64,000 bases of DNA from Capsulimonadaceae bacterium (GCA_965215505.1 OZ244065.1:3424001-3488000); one strand, 5' to 3'. Numbered from the stretch's first letter, positions 10,288 through 20,449 are shown. The notes: generated by a model from the letters alone, not told the origin. Numbers and translations: made by a program.

Positions 10288-10824
10288 ATGAGACAGCGGA
10301 TACTCGCCCTGCTCGCCGAGGGCAAGACGTACAGCCAGATCGTGGCCGAAGTCGGCTGCGCCAAGTCCACCGTGGCCTATCACGCCAAAAACGTGAAAGA
10401 ACCGCCGAACTACAAAGTCCACGACTGGGCCGAGGTGCAGAAGCATCACGATGTGGGGCATGGTGTTAACGACTGCCGCAGGCATTTCGGTATTTGCCGC
10501 TCCGTGTGGTATAATGCTGTTAAGTCCGGCAAACTCATCGCCCGCGCGGACTACCGGATACCGATGGATGTGCTGCTGTCGCCGGAGCGCAACACGCCCC
10601 GTTCTCATGTGCGGTGGCGTCTCATCGGGGATGGCGTGCTTGAAGAGAAATGCGCGAGATGTGGCATAACGGAGTGGATGGGCAAGCCGCTGTCCATGCA
10701 TCTGCACCACATCAATGGGGTAAAGACCGACAATAGGCTGGAAAACTTGCAGCTAATCTGCCCGCACTGCCATTGTCAGACCGACAACTTCGCAGGTAGG
10801 AACGTAAATAAGAATACAAAATAA
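10288..10824 (+). CDS. HNH endonuclease with N-terminal HTH
   Basis: CARC...LHHING...DNRLENLQLICPHCH; N-terminal GKTYSQIVAEVGCAKSTVAYH; lower GC. Confidence 0.9.
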   Translation: MRQRILALLAEGKTYSQIVAEVGCAKSTVAYHAKNVKEPPNYKVHDWAEVQKHHDVGHGVNDCRRHFGICRSVWYNAVKSGKLIARADYRIPMDVLLSPERNTPRSHVRWRLIGDGVLEEKCARCGITEWMGKPLSMHLHHINGVKTDNRLENLQLICPHCHCQTDNFAGRNVNKNTK

Positions 10825-10827
10825 TGG

Positions 10828-10900
10828 TGCCGGATAGTTCAGTTGGCAGAACGACACACTCTGGATGTGTAGGTCCTAGGTTCGAGTCCTAGTCCGGCAG
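10828..10900 (+). tRNA. tRNA-Gln(CTG)
   Basis: Acceptor TGCCGGA/TCCGGCA, anticodon arm ACACA-CTCTGGA-TGTGT, GGTTCGAGTCC; CCA not encoded. Confidence 0.95.
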
Positions 10901-10905
10901 CTCAC

Positions 10906-10949
10906 AAAACGCCCCCGCTTGAAACATCAAGCGGGGGCGTTTTTGTTTT
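10906..10949. terminator. Bidirectional intrinsic terminator
   Basis: AAAACGCCCCCGCTTGA-AACA-TCAAGCGGGGGCGTTTTTGTTTT between convergent genes. Confidence 0.9.
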
Positions 10950-11404
10950 CACTCTTTGGGAAGCAGCCGCCACACCTGCACCAGCAGGACGAGCGCATGG
11001 CCGGTCCAGAAGGCCGTGCGGAGCCAGTTAGTGGCAACTAAGCGGGCGATGGCGGCCCCGTCATAGCCGCGCCCGAGGGCATCGTGGAGCGGGACGGAGA
11101 CGAAAAAGGTCACGGCCCAGGTCAGCACGGCGAACGCGAATCCGGCCCAGAGCAGGCCGGGCGCGAGCCAGGCGGGACGTGTCAGGGCGAGCAGGCCGGA
11201 CGTGCCAAGCTCCGTCACCATGGCGGGCAGGACGACCAGGGTCATCAGGCGGGTGTGGCCCGCATGGTAGTCTGCCCAGTGTTGGGGGCCGACGCGGGCG
11301 AACAGGGGGTAGTGGACGAGCTGGACGGTCCAAATGACGCCCCACATATAGAGGGTCGCGGCCAGATCCAGTAAAAACAGCGGCGCAAAAAGTGCTTTCG
11401 GCAT
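10949..11404 (-). CDS. Hypothetical membrane protein
   Basis: Four TM segments; GVIWTVQLVHYPLF and TNWLRT motifs. Confidence 0.8.
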   Translation of the reverse strand: MPKALFAPLFLLDLAATLYMWGVIWTVQLVHYPLFARVGPQHWADYHAGHTRLMTLVVLPAMVTELGTSGLLALTRPAWLAPGLLWAGFAFAVLTWAVTFFVSVPLHDALGRGYDGAAIARLVATNWLRTAFWTGHALVLLVQVWRLLPKE

Positions 11405-11505
11405 GGCATACTATACCCCGTACCGGAAGCGCGTGGGAACCCGCGCGCCTCGGGGAACGTCAGTGAAGAGGCCGCAGAGACGCGGCGACCCAAGGAGAAG
11501 TACCC

Positions 11506-12411
11506 ATGCGCCCGTATCTCGTCCCCGCCGCCCTGCTGCTTTCGCTGTGCCTCAGCCCCCTCGCCGCCCAGACGCCGCCCCTCCCGGCGAATACACCCGT
11601 GAATGCCCCTGCCGATGCCCCGACCGCTGCCGACCTGAACCTGGGCGGCTACCCGGTCCTGCGCCTGCACGGGGCGGCGGGCGGCCTGACCCCCGAGCAG
11701 CGCATCAATGTCATCCTGAGCCGGGTGACGCCCCTGCTCGGCGACCCGGTCATCCTGCCCTCCGACGTCGTCGTCTATCTGCCGCCGCCCAAGAGCCGCA
11801 CGAACCGCTATCCGGTCATCTACGCCCTGGGGCGGCGGCTGATCACCGTGGACCCCGCGACGGTCAAGGCGGCGGGGGGCGGCAGGACGCCCCTGCAAGT
11901 GGCGACGCTGTGGGCCGCGCGGCTCCAGCAGGTCCTGCCGCGCGTCAACTGGCGGCCTTCCAATGCCCCCGAGCCGAAGATCCCCGCCCACCCGCCGCTC
12001 CTCGTGACGACCGACTTCACCATGGTCGGCGGCGGCAATGCCGCCGTGATGCTGCGCGGTAAGGTCATCCTGAGAGTGCGCGGCCCGCAGCAGGGCGGCC
12101 TGACGGCGGCCGAGCGGGCGGACATGCTCACGGCCCGGCTGCAACACCTGGCGAACCAGGCCGCCGCCACCGCCCCGGACGCGGTCACGGTGGCCTCGAC
12201 GCCCACGGGGGACGCCTCGCTCGCCCTCGCCGGGACGACATTGCTCTCCGTCACCGCCCAGGACGCGGCGGCGGCCAACGTCGCCCGGCCTGCCCTGCTC
12301 GCCGAGTCCTGGGCCAAAAACCTGCGTGCCGTCCTGACGCCGCCCGCGCCCGTCATACCCGCCCCTGTCGCTCCCGCCCCGGCGGCGGACGCACCGCTTG
12401 CGGGCGGGTGA
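11506..12411 (+). CDS. Secreted hypothetical protein with two internal repeats
   Basis: Signal peptide; repeated VLRL/V-x-G...GGLT-x-x-(Q/E)R...A-x-x-WA-x-x-L domains. Confidence 0.75.
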   Translation: MRPYLVPAALLLSLCLSPLAAQTPPLPANTPVNAPADAPTAADLNLGGYPVLRLHGAAGGLTPEQRINVILSRVTPLLGDPVILPSDVVVYLPPPKSRTNRYPVIYALGRRLITVDPATVKAAGGGRTPLQVATLWAARLQQVLPRVNWRPSNAPEPKIPAHPPLLVTTDFTMVGGGNAAVMLRGKVILRVRGPQQGGLTAAERADMLTARLQHLANQAAATAPDAVTVASTPTGDASLALAGTTLLSVTAQDAAAANVARPALLAESWAKNLRAVLTPPAPVIPAPVAPAPAADAPLAGG

Positions 12412-12420
12412 CCCTCTTGG

Positions 12421-12474
12421 CCCTGCTCCCCCGCCCTACATCCTGAACCCGTAGGGGCGGGGTCCCCCCGCCCT
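12421..12474. repeat. GTAG-type REP doublet
   Basis: CGCCCTAC...GTAGGGGCGGGGTCCCCCCGCCCT, the latter identical to 3868-3891. Confidence 0.75.
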
Positions 12475-12488
12475 CCTGCTACAGCCTC

Positions 12489-14146
12489 TTAAAGCGTGTG
12501 CTTCACCGGATCGTAGTTGATCTCGCCTACACCTGCTCTGGCGACGAAGTTGCTGGGGTTGTTGGGGTTGGGGAATCCCACCATCAGATCCATCTGCTTC
12601 TTGCCGTCCCTCTCATACAACCCGCCCCCAAGCGCAGATCATTGAACCGCGTGATCGTCTCAGGAGGAGTCGCTTCCACCCAGCTACCGAGTGCGTCCAG
12701 GGCGTCCACCATCAGTGTCACCGCGAATGCCCGCCCTTCCTGCTCCGACAGGGCGGACAGGGCTATGCGCCCGTCCCGAGACTTAACTTTCGGCTCCGCC
12801 GCCGTCCGTATCTGCTTGACGGCAGACACCAAAAGCGGGGAAAGGCCGGACGGGAACGGCGAGGCGGGGCCGGCAGGGGCGAAGCGGTTGTGCAGGCGGT
12901 AGGCGCGGACCAACGGGTCGGGCAGGGCCTGGAGGATCGAGTCGTGCAGGGCGATCAGGTTCAGCGGGACCCCCGCCGTCCGCCGGGTCAGGCGCAGGCG
13001 GTCGTGCCCCCCTTCCTTGTCGCCGGTGAAGACCCGCAGGCCGTACACCTCCGCCAGGGCTGCCAGCTCCTGCCTCGGCGTTGCCGCCTCCGCGCCGAAG
13101 ATGGTGGCGCGCTTGGGGGCTAGGTACGGTTCAACGGTCACCTTCAGGCCGTCGTCGGCGCGGGCGTTTAGCCGGGTGACAAGTTCCGCCAAAGAAGAGC
13201 TGACGGGCGGGGCAGGCTGTAGGGCGTTCGCCTGCACGGGATCGGGGTCGGTCGCGTCGGGCGCGGCGGTGAGCTGCATCATCGTGGCCGGCGTCGGCGG
13301 CGGCTCCCCCTCCCCCGCCACGGGGTGGATCACCAGACCGCCCCCCGGATGTACCTCCACCTGGTTGGGCTTGCTCAGGATCTGAAAGCCCTGATACGCG
13401 AGGGGGGCGTCATAGCCGAATAGCCGGGCACTCATCTGGGGGAAGTAGTGCCACCCGAACTGAGGGTCCGCAGGGCCACGGCTGATCGTCCCAAGGACAG
13501 TCGGCAGATCCTTGATTGCCCGCTGCACATAGAAGTGCATGACGAGCTGCTGCACCTCCTGCTGCTGGACCGGTGCCAGCGAGGCTACCGGCACACCCCC
13601 TTTGTTATCCGCCATCGCGCCAAGCTGCTCCGGCGTCAGTGAGTAGACGAGGTCTTTGATGGCGGGGCTGTTATCAATCTCGTCGTTCGGGAAGTTTGGG
13701 TTGAAGTTCTCGGCGTAGCGGCCGGCTTCTTCCAGGCCGAGCGCACATTCCTTGGCGGTGACGCTGGGTAGGTCCGCCGCATCCGTATAACGCTTCTTCA
13801 GCAGGAATACTCTACCGGAGGGCTGCACGTCGTAGTCGTAGGCTGCGGCCAGCCTGGGCAGCAGGGTGGACAGCGGCTCGCCGTTCGGGTTCAGCTCCAG
13901 CCCCGCCGCCTCCTGCGGCATCAGAGCCGGGTGCAAGGGCTGGTCCTCCGCGACGAGGGCGACGTGGGCTTGCTGTGCGAGGGCGGTGAATGCGGAGAAG
14001 AAGGTGGCGGCTTGGGCAGGGGTGATCTGGACGCGGGGATCGGGAGCGGCAGACTGCGCCCCGGCGAAACCGGGAACAGCAGAGGCGAAGCAAAAGACCA
14101 GCGGCAGTAGAGCCGCCATTGCGGCGCGATGCATTCTGTTCGGCAT
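12489..14146 (-). CDS. Secreted hypothetical protein; apparent frameshift near 12627 (as-read stop at 12584)
   Basis: Signal peptide and RBS; the shifted frame continues cleanly to TAA at 12489. Confidence 0.6.
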
Positions 14147-14206
14147 GTCAGCCTCCCCACCGGAATGCTCCGGTGGCTTCCGTACCAGGCAAAACTCTCG
14201 GGGAAC

Positions 14207-14371
14207 AGGGCGCGATGAGTTGCGCCCCTACGCGGCCCGGACCGCGCTGTCCAATGGCATTATCCGAAGCCCCGAAGCGGGCGGCCCACCGGCGAAGCCG
14301 GGAACAGACCGGCCGTTTATGGCCGGTCACTTTGGGCCGGTCACTTTGGGCCGGTCACTTTGGGCCGGTCA
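14207..14371. repeat. REP mosaic: CTAC-REP, half of family C, and tandem GGCCGGTCACTTTG x3.6
   Basis: Matches 16261-16320 and 47463-47540; tandem repeat at 14321-14371. Confidence 0.8.
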
Positions 14372-14391
14372 TGTTCGCCACCGCGACCGGC

Positions 14392-14943
14392 TCACGCCCG
14401 GTCGCCCCGTACCATCCCGTACACCACCAGGTCTTCATACGCGCCGTCCTTGAGGACGTGCCCGCGCAGCAGGCCCTCCCGCGTCATGCCGATCTTCTGC
14501 ATGACCCGTCCTGACGCGGGGTTGCGGGCGAAGTGCGAGGCCGTGATCTTGTGCAGGCTCAGGCCCCGGAAGCCGTAATCCACCAGGGCGGCGGCGGCCT
14601 CGGTGGCATAGCCCTGGCCCCAGAAGGGGACGCCCAGCCAGTAGCCGAGTTCCGCCCGGCTGTGCGGGGACATGATCCCCAGGCTCACGCAGCCGCACAG
14701 GCCGTCCTCTTCGGGCCGCGTGACCGCGTAGACGACGCCGGTCCGGTAGAGGAACTGGTCGGGGTGTCCGGCGATCCACGCTTCGGCCATGCCGTCCGCG
14801 TAGGGGTACGGCACGTTCAGGGTCGTGTCGGCCACCTCCGCCGCCCCCGCCAGCCTCTGGACCTCCGGGGCATCGGCTTGGGTGAACGGCCTGAGCAAAA
14901 GCCGCTTCGTTCGCAGTTCGGGCTGGTCCGGCGTCATCATCAC
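14392..14943 (-). CDS. GNAT acetyltransferase (RimJ/RimL-like)
   Basis: TKRLLLRPF, AELGYWLG, WGQGYATEA and NPASGRVMQKIGM motifs. Confidence 0.93.
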   Translation of the reverse strand: MMMTPDQPELRTKRLLLRPFTQADAPEVQRLAGAAEVADTTLNVPYPYADGMAEAWIAGHPDQFLYRTGVVYAVTRPEEDGLCGCVSLGIMSPHSRAELGYWLGVPFWGQGYATEAAAALVDYGFRGLSLHKITASHFARNPASGRVMQKIGMTREGLLRGHVLKDGAYEDLVVYGMVRGDRA

Positions 14944-14953
14944 ACCCCTCTAT

Positions 14954-16084
14954 TCAGCCGAGCGCCTTCAGGTTCTCCGGGTTCAGCGGCAGCAGGTCCT
15001 CGGGCACGAACAGGCCGTCTCGGCGGACCAGCACGTCGTCGAAGTAGACCTCCCCGCCGCCGAACTCGGGCCGCTGGATGAACACCATGTCCCAATGCAC
15101 CGTCGAGCGGTTGCCGTTGAAGGCCTCGTCATAGGCCCCGCCCGGCGTGAAGTGGAACGACCCGGCGATCTTCTCGTCGAACAGGATGTCCTTCATCGGC
15201 TGCATCACATACGGGTTGAAGCCCAAGGAGAACTCGCCGATGTAACGCGCGCCCTCGTCGCTGTCCAAGATCTGGTTCAGCATCGTTTCGGTCCCGCCCG
15301 ATGATGTGGCGTGGACGATCTTCCCCTGCTCGAAGTGCAGCGTGACGCCCTCAAAGACCGTCCCCTGGTAGATGGTCGGCGTGTTGAAGGCGATGGTGCC
15401 GTTCACCGAGTCGCGGACCGGGGCCGTGAAGATCTCCCCGTCGGGGATGTTCGCGTTGCCGGTGCAGGGGATCGTCGGGATGTCCTTGATGGAGAACCGC
15501 AGGTCCGTCCCCGGCCCGGTCAGCCGCACCTTGTCCGCCGCGTCCATGCGCTGCTTCAGGGGCGCGATGACCGGGGCGAGGCTGGCGTAGTCGAAGGTGC
15601 AGACGTCGAAGTAGAAGTCTTCAAACGCCTCCGTACTCATCCCGGCCTGCTGCGCCATCGAGGGCGTCGGCCAGCGCAGGACCACCCATTTCGTGTGCGG
15701 GACGCGCGTCTGGGAGTGGACGGGGTTCCACCAGAGCGACCGCTGGAGCTTCATGCGCTCGTCGGGCACGTCCGACAGTTCCGTGCTGTTCTCGGCCCCG
15801 CGCACGCCGATGTAGGCGTCCATCTCGGCCATACGCGCCTTCTCGAATTTGCCGGTCAGCCGCATCTGCTCTTCGGAGGCGTTCTTGTAGAGCGCGCGCA
15901 GGACGCTGTTGCGCTTGACGGTGACGAACGGCAGCCCGCCCGCCTCGGCGACGCGCTCCACGAGGGCGGTCACGACTTCATCGGGGACATCATAAGCCTC
16001 CACCAGCACCTTCTCTCCGGGCTGGACGTGGGTTGAGTAGCCGACGAGGACGTCGGCGAGCTTTGCGACACGGGGGTCTTTCAT
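14954..16084 (-). CDS. Aminopeptidase, M29 family
   Basis: NIPDGEIFTAP, IGEFSLG, LFDEKI and VHWDMV motifs. Confidence 0.93.
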   Translation of the reverse strand: MKDPRVAKLADVLVGYSTHVQPGEKVLVEAYDVPDEVVTALVERVAEAGGLPFVTVKRNSVLRALYKNASEEQMRLTGKFEKARMAEMDAYIGVRGAENSTELSDVPDERMKLQRSLWWNPVHSQTRVPHTKWVVLRWPTPSMAQQAGMSTEAFEDFYFDVCTFDYASLAPVIAPLKQRMDAADKVRLTGPGTDLRFSIKDIPTIPCTGNANIPDGEIFTAPVRDSVNGTIAFNTPTIYQGTVFEGVTLHFEQGKIVHATSSGGTETMLNQILDSDEGARYIGEFSLGFNPYVMQPMKDILFDEKIAGSFHFTPGGAYDEAFNGNRSTVHWDMVFIQRPEFGGGEVYFDDVLVRRDGLFVPEDLLPLNPENLKALG

Positions 16085-16166
16085 GGGAGGCTCCTAAAGA
16101 AACGTAAGGGGTGTGTTGGGGAGAGTATACCCAGGATAACGGGGGCGCGTCGAACGGGGGCGTCGG

Positions 16167-16320
16167 ACCCGGCGTTAAACCGCCGGTCTACACGGATGGG
16201 CCGCCCGCTTCGGGGCTTCGGATGGCGTGGGACCGAATGGGAACCTGATCTGTATCTGTAGCCCCGAAGGGGCGGCCCACCGGCGAAGCCGGGAGTAGAC
16301 TGGCCCTTCAGGGCCGGGAC
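16167..16320. repeat. REPIN-like family C
   Basis: CCGGCGTTAAACCGCCGG, GCCCGCTTCGGGGC, GCCCCGAAGGGGC, GGCCCTTCAGGGCC; second copy at 47337-47540. Confidence 0.85.
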
Positions 16321-16356
16321 GCCTCACGCCCCGCCGCGCCTCACGCCCGACTGCAC

Positions 16357-16998
16357 CTACGCCCCGCCTTCCTTCCGCAGCGCCGCGAACCCCGCCACGC
16401 CCCAGGCGGCGGCGCGCGGCGTCCGGTGTTCCGAGGTCACGCGGTAGCCGTGCCGCGCATAAAACCGGCGCGCGGCGGCGTTGTCGAGTTCCGCGTGGAG
16501 GCACACCATCGGGCAGCCCGCCCCCGCCGCGTCCCGGTCCACCGCGGCGAGAAGTCGGCTGCCGATGCCCCGCCCGCGCCTATCGGGGCGGACGGCCAGG
16601 ATGCTGAGGTAGTAAGCCTCGCGCGGCGGGGGCGTCGTCGCGCTCCAGAAGGCGCGGACGACCGGCAGCAGGCGCAGGGGCGCCCACAGGCCCCGGTAGC
16701 GCGGCAGCAGGTACAGCATCCGCCATGAATTCTGGCGGCGTGCCCAGGCGGGCGCGGCCAGGGCCAGGCCGACCACTTCGCCCCCTTGAACGGCCACCAG
16801 GGCGGACTGGTAGCTGAACGGCACGTCGGACCGGGCGAACAGCCGCTCGAAGAAGCGCACGGCGTCAGCAGGGCGCGGCCCGAACACGCGGTCGAACAGG
16901 GCCGGCCCCGCCTCGCGGATCAGCGGCGCGGCCTCGCGGGCGTCGTCAGGGGTCGCGGGCCGCAGGGTGATCGCATCGGAAGGCGTGGAACCGGACAT
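16357..16998 (-). CDS. GNAT acetyltransferase
   Basis: LAVRPDRRGRGIG and NAAARRFYARHG motifs. Confidence 0.9.
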   Translation of the reverse strand: MSGSTPSDAITLRPATPDDAREAAPLIREAGPALFDRVFGPRPADAVRFFERLFARSDVPFSYQSALVAVQGGEVVGLALAAPAWARRQNSWRMLYLLPRYRGLWAPLRLLPVVRAFWSATTPPPREAYYLSILAVRPDRRGRGIGSRLLAAVDRDAAGAGCPMVCLHAELDNAAARRFYARHGYRVTSEHRTPRAAAWGVAGFAALRKEGGA

Positions 16999-17102
16999 GG
17001 CATCAGTATACCGGACGGCGAAAAGAAACCGCGCCCCTGAAAGGCGTGGGCGCTCTGCTTTGGGTAAGAGGAAACCATCGTGATCTTCTCGCGGAGGTGG
17101 GT

Positions 17103-17987
17103 ATGGAAACCATGAATCACTCAGAGTTCCTGGCCGACGTCGGCCTCCCGGCGGTCCTCTCCAGCCGGCCGCAAGGCTGGCCGGGCGTCGTCCTGGAACA
17201 GCAGAAACAGCCGCCGAGTGAGTTTGAGGTGCCGCCGCTCTCCCAGCATCTCGTCGTCTTCCTGCTCGGAGGGGCGGTCCCTTTGGTTCAGGAACGGGGC
17301 GGCCAGACCCGGCGCGGGAAGCTCGTGCCGGGCGAGATATTGGTGATGCCGGCGGGCCAGCCGAGTCACTGGATCTCGGAGGGTGCCGTCAATGCGGTCC
17401 ACCTGCTGCTGTCGCCGGACTTCATCGCCCGGACCGCCGAAGCCGTCGGGATGACGCCCGACCGGGCGGAGGTGGTGGACAGCTTCGGGACGCTGGACCC
17501 CCGCCTGGAGCAGATCGGGCGAATGCTGCTCGACGAGGCACAGACGGCGGGGCTAGGCGGACGCCTCTACGCCGAGTCGCTGATCAACGTCCTGGCCGTG
17601 CATGTGCTCCGGCGCTACTCCGCGTCCGGCGAGGTCCCCTCCCGGCCCGCCGGCGGCCTCCCCCAGCTCGGCCTGGGCCGCGCCCTCGAGTACATCAACG
17701 ACAACCTGGACCTGGACCTGTCGCTCTCCGGAATCGCCCAGGCCGCCGAGATCAGCCCCAACTCCCTTGCCGCCCGGTTCAAGCAGTCTACGGGCCTCGC
17801 GCCCCACCAGTACGTCATCAAGCGAAGGGTGGAGCGGGCGCGGAGCCTGCTCCTGGGCGGCGGGCTGTCCATCGGCGAGGTCGCGGCACAGGTCGGGTTT
17901 TACGACCAGAGCCACCTGACCCGCCACTTCAAGCGCCTCACCGGCGTCACCCCCAGCCGCCTACTGTCGGAGCATGAGCGGGCGTAA
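17103..17987 (+). CDS. AraC family transcriptional regulator
   Basis: C-terminal double HTH (FKQSTGLAPHQY, VGFYDQSHLTRHFKR). Confidence 0.95.
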   Translation: METMNHSEFLADVGLPAVLSSRPQGWPGVVLEQQKQPPSEFEVPPLSQHLVVFLLGGAVPLVQERGGQTRRGKLVPGEILVMPAGQPSHWISEGAVNAVHLLLSPDFIARTAEAVGMTPDRAEVVDSFGTLDPRLEQIGRMLLDEAQTAGLGGRLYAESLINVLAVHVLRRYSASGEVPSRPAGGLPQLGLGRALEYINDNLDLDLSLSGIAQAAEISPNSLAARFKQSTGLAPHQYVIKRRVERARSLLLGGGLSIGEVAAQVGFYDQSHLTRHFKRLTGVTPSRLLSEHERA

Positions 17988-18045
17988 GAACGTCCCAAAG
18001 GCCGCCAGAACGTCCAAGACGCTGCAAAGCCGGTTCCAGTATAAT
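17987..18045 (+). promoter_or_regulatory. Putative AraC-activated promoter
   Basis: Direct repeat AGAACGTCC at 17987 and 18007, then TATAAT at 18040 with no good -35. Confidence 0.6.
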
Positions 18046-18078
18046 GGAGGCGCACAATCCGGCACGGGAGGAAAATCC

Positions 18079-18765
18079 ATGAAGATCGGCATCATCGGGA
18101 CGGGCAACATGGGCCGCTCCCTGGGCATCCTCTGGGCCGAACAGGGGCATGACGTGTTCTTCGGGGCGCGCGACGCCGGCAAGGCTGAGGCCGCCGCGCA
18201 TCTCGCCGGGCGCGGGGCGGGGCACGGCACGAACGACGAGGCGGCCTCCTTCGGCGAGGCCGTCTTTTACTCGGCGCGGGGCATAGACCCCGCCGAGGTG
18301 CTGACCGACGTGCGCGTCCTGGACGGGAAAACGGTCATTGACGCGAACAACGGCCCGATCCCGGACGGCTTCGCCTACGCGCCGATCACCGTCTCGCTGG
18401 CCGAGGCCTTGCAGGCGCAGATTCCCGCAGCCCGTGTGGTCAAGGCGTTCAACACCATGTCCCAGGAGACTTTCGAGCTGGCCCCGGAGCCGCTCCGCCG
18501 GCAGCACGTCTCCGTCTTCGTCGCGGGCGACGACGCGGCGGCGCGGCGGACGGTCATGGGGCTGGCGGAGCAGATCGGATTCGTGCCGGTGGACTGCGGC
18601 GGGCTGCGGAATGCGCGGCTGATCGAAGGGCTGGGCGACTTCATCCGGTTCGTGATGATCGGCCAGGGCCAGGGGGCGTACACCGCGCTCTCGGTCCACC
18701 CGCTCCCGCAGCCCCAGGGGGCGGCGCGGCTGGGCGGTCGGCAGTCATCCGGCCTGGACTCGTGA
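18079..18765 (+). CDS. NADPH-dependent F420 reductase-like oxidoreductase
   Basis: MKIGIIGTGNMG Rossmann motif; VVKAFNT and VAGDD. Confidence 0.88.
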   Translation: MKIGIIGTGNMGRSLGILWAEQGHDVFFGARDAGKAEAAAHLAGRGAGHGTNDEAASFGEAVFYSARGIDPAEVLTDVRVLDGKTVIDANNGPIPDGFAYAPITVSLAEALQAQIPAARVVKAFNTMSQETFELAPEPLRRQHVSVFVAGDDAAARRTVMGLAEQIGFVPVDCGGLRNARLIEGLGDFIRFVMIGQGQGAYTALSVHPLPQPQGAARLGGRQSSGLDS

Positions 18766-18790
18766 CACGGCCGGGTCAGAAAGAGGAGAA

Positions 18791-19615
18791 ATGAACGTCA
18801 GCGTGTATTCGGAGCCGGGCTTCGCCTCGGTGAACTCCTATGTGGTGGACGTCGGGGAAGGCTTATGCATCATTGACACCCAGCGCTCCCTTTCCTCGGC
18901 CCGGAAGCTGCTGGCGGTGGTGGAGGAGGCGGCGAAGCCCGTCCTGGGCGTCTTCATCACCCACCCGCACCCCGACCACATCGGCGGCCTGCCCGCAGTG
19001 GCGCGGGCCTATCCGCAGGCCCCGATTTACGCCCTACAGACGACCCGCGACAGCATCCGGTCGGACGCGGGCGGCTACATCACCCTCTCGAAGCAGGTAC
19101 TCGGCGACGACTTTGACGAGGACATCCCCGTCCCCGACCATGCCGTCTCCTCCGGGGACGAGCTGCGGGTGGGGGCCGTGGAGTGGCGGGTCGAAGACGC
19201 CGGGCCGGGCGAGGCCCCCTGCATGATGATGCTGCACGCGCCTGAAGCCGGGACGCTGTTCTGCGCCGACGTTGTGCAGCACGGGATGACGGCCTTTCTC
19301 CTGGAAGGCCGCTCGGAAGCCTGGCTCCGGCAGGTGGAGGCGGTCGCCGGCAGATACGGCTCCGTCCCCGTGGTCTATCCGGGGCACGGCGTCCACGGTG
19401 CCGGCGGCGCGCTGTTCGCCTTCCAGAGAGAGTATCTGGGCCGGTTCCAGAGGCTGGTGGCGCAGAACAGGACCGGGGGCGGCTCGGTTTCCGCCGAAGG
19501 CAAGCAGAAGATCGTGGCGGAGATGGGGCGTCTCTACCCCGGCTACCAGCCCGTGGCGGCCATCCCCGATCTGTTGGAGCAGGACGTGGATGCCTTGCAG
19601 AAAGAGATGAGTTGA
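18791..19615 (+). CDS. MBL-fold metallohydrolase
   Basis: THPHPDH and YPGHG motifs. Confidence 0.92.
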   Translation: MNVSVYSEPGFASVNSYVVDVGEGLCIIDTQRSLSSARKLLAVVEEAAKPVLGVFITHPHPDHIGGLPAVARAYPQAPIYALQTTRDSIRSDAGGYITLSKQVLGDDFDEDIPVPDHAVSSGDELRVGAVEWRVEDAGPGEAPCMMMLHAPEAGTLFCADVVQHGMTAFLLEGRSEAWLRQVEAVAGRYGSVPVVYPGHGVHGAGGALFAFQREYLGRFQRLVAQNRTGGGSVSAEGKQKIVAEMGRLYPGYQPVAAIPDLLEQDVDALQKEMS

Positions 19616-19643
19616 GGCATGGCCTCAGAATCCGTGCCGCGCC

Positions 19644-20438
19644 TCAGAATCCGTGCCGCCTCAGCCACGCCGCGCAGTGTACGGGCCACGTTCCAAGTAT
19701 GGGGTCGCCTGGAGCGAGACCAAACCCATGTGGGCCGCTCTCGTACAGGTGCATCTCCACCGGCACACCCGCGCCGCGCAGGGCAAGGGCCAGCAGCAGG
19801 CTGTTCTCGGCGGGGACGCCCGCGTCGTCAGCCGTATGCACCAGAAAGGTCGGCGGCGTGTCCGGCGTGACGTGCAGGTGGTTGGACAGCGAGGCGGCCA
19901 GCTCTTCGGTCGCGTCCGCGCCGAGCAGGTTGTGGCGCGACCCGCCATGTCCGTGCGGCTCTTGCAGGCTGATGACCGGGTAGACCAGGACAGCCAGATC
20001 GGGCCGTGACGAGAAACGGCCCAGCGGCTCCGGCGCGTGGGGGTCGCCCGCCTCAAAGTGCGTCGCCAGCGTGGAAGCCAAATGCCCGCCCGCCGAGAAG
20101 CCCAGGATGCCGATGCGGGCCGGGTCCAGGCCGTCGGCCAGGGCGCGGACCGTCCGGATGGCGCGGGCGGCGTCGTCGAGCATGGCCGGGTGGCGCGAGT
20201 GCGGCCCCAGCCGGTAGTGCAGCACAAACGCCGTAATGCCTAATGTGTTCAGCCACTCGGCGACGTCTTTCCCCTCATGGCCCGCGTGCATCCCGTACCC
20301 CCCGCCGGGGCAGACGACCACCGAGGCCCCCGTCTTCCCCTCAAGCGGGTCGTAGCGGGTCAGGGTCTGCGGGGTGACGTTCTCACCGAAAGCGGCCGAT
20401 TGCGGCCAGAGCGGCCGGGGCGTGGGCGTCATGCTCAT
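19644..20438 (-). CDS. Alpha/beta hydrolase (esterase)
   Basis: CPGGGY, GFSAGGH and HGFG motifs; start at 20438 or 20432. Confidence 0.92.
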   Translation of the reverse strand: MSMTPTPRPLWPQSAAFGENVTPQTLTRYDPLEGKTGASVVVCPGGGYGMHAGHEGKDVAEWLNTLGITAFVLHYRLGPHSRHPAMLDDAARAIRTVRALADGLDPARIGILGFSAGGHLASTLATHFEAGDPHAPEPLGRFSSRPDLAVLVYPVISLQEPHGHGGSRHNLLGADATEELAASLSNHLHVTPDTPPTFLVHTADDAGVPAENSLLLALALRGAGVPVEMHLYESGPHGFGLAPGDPILGTWPVHCAAWLRRHGF

Positions 20439-20449
20439 ATCCACCGCGC

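Noticed and set aside
10288-10824. IscB/HEARO RNA-guided nuclease
   Set aside because: Only 178 aa, no PLMP or RuvC motifs, and no room for an omega RNA.
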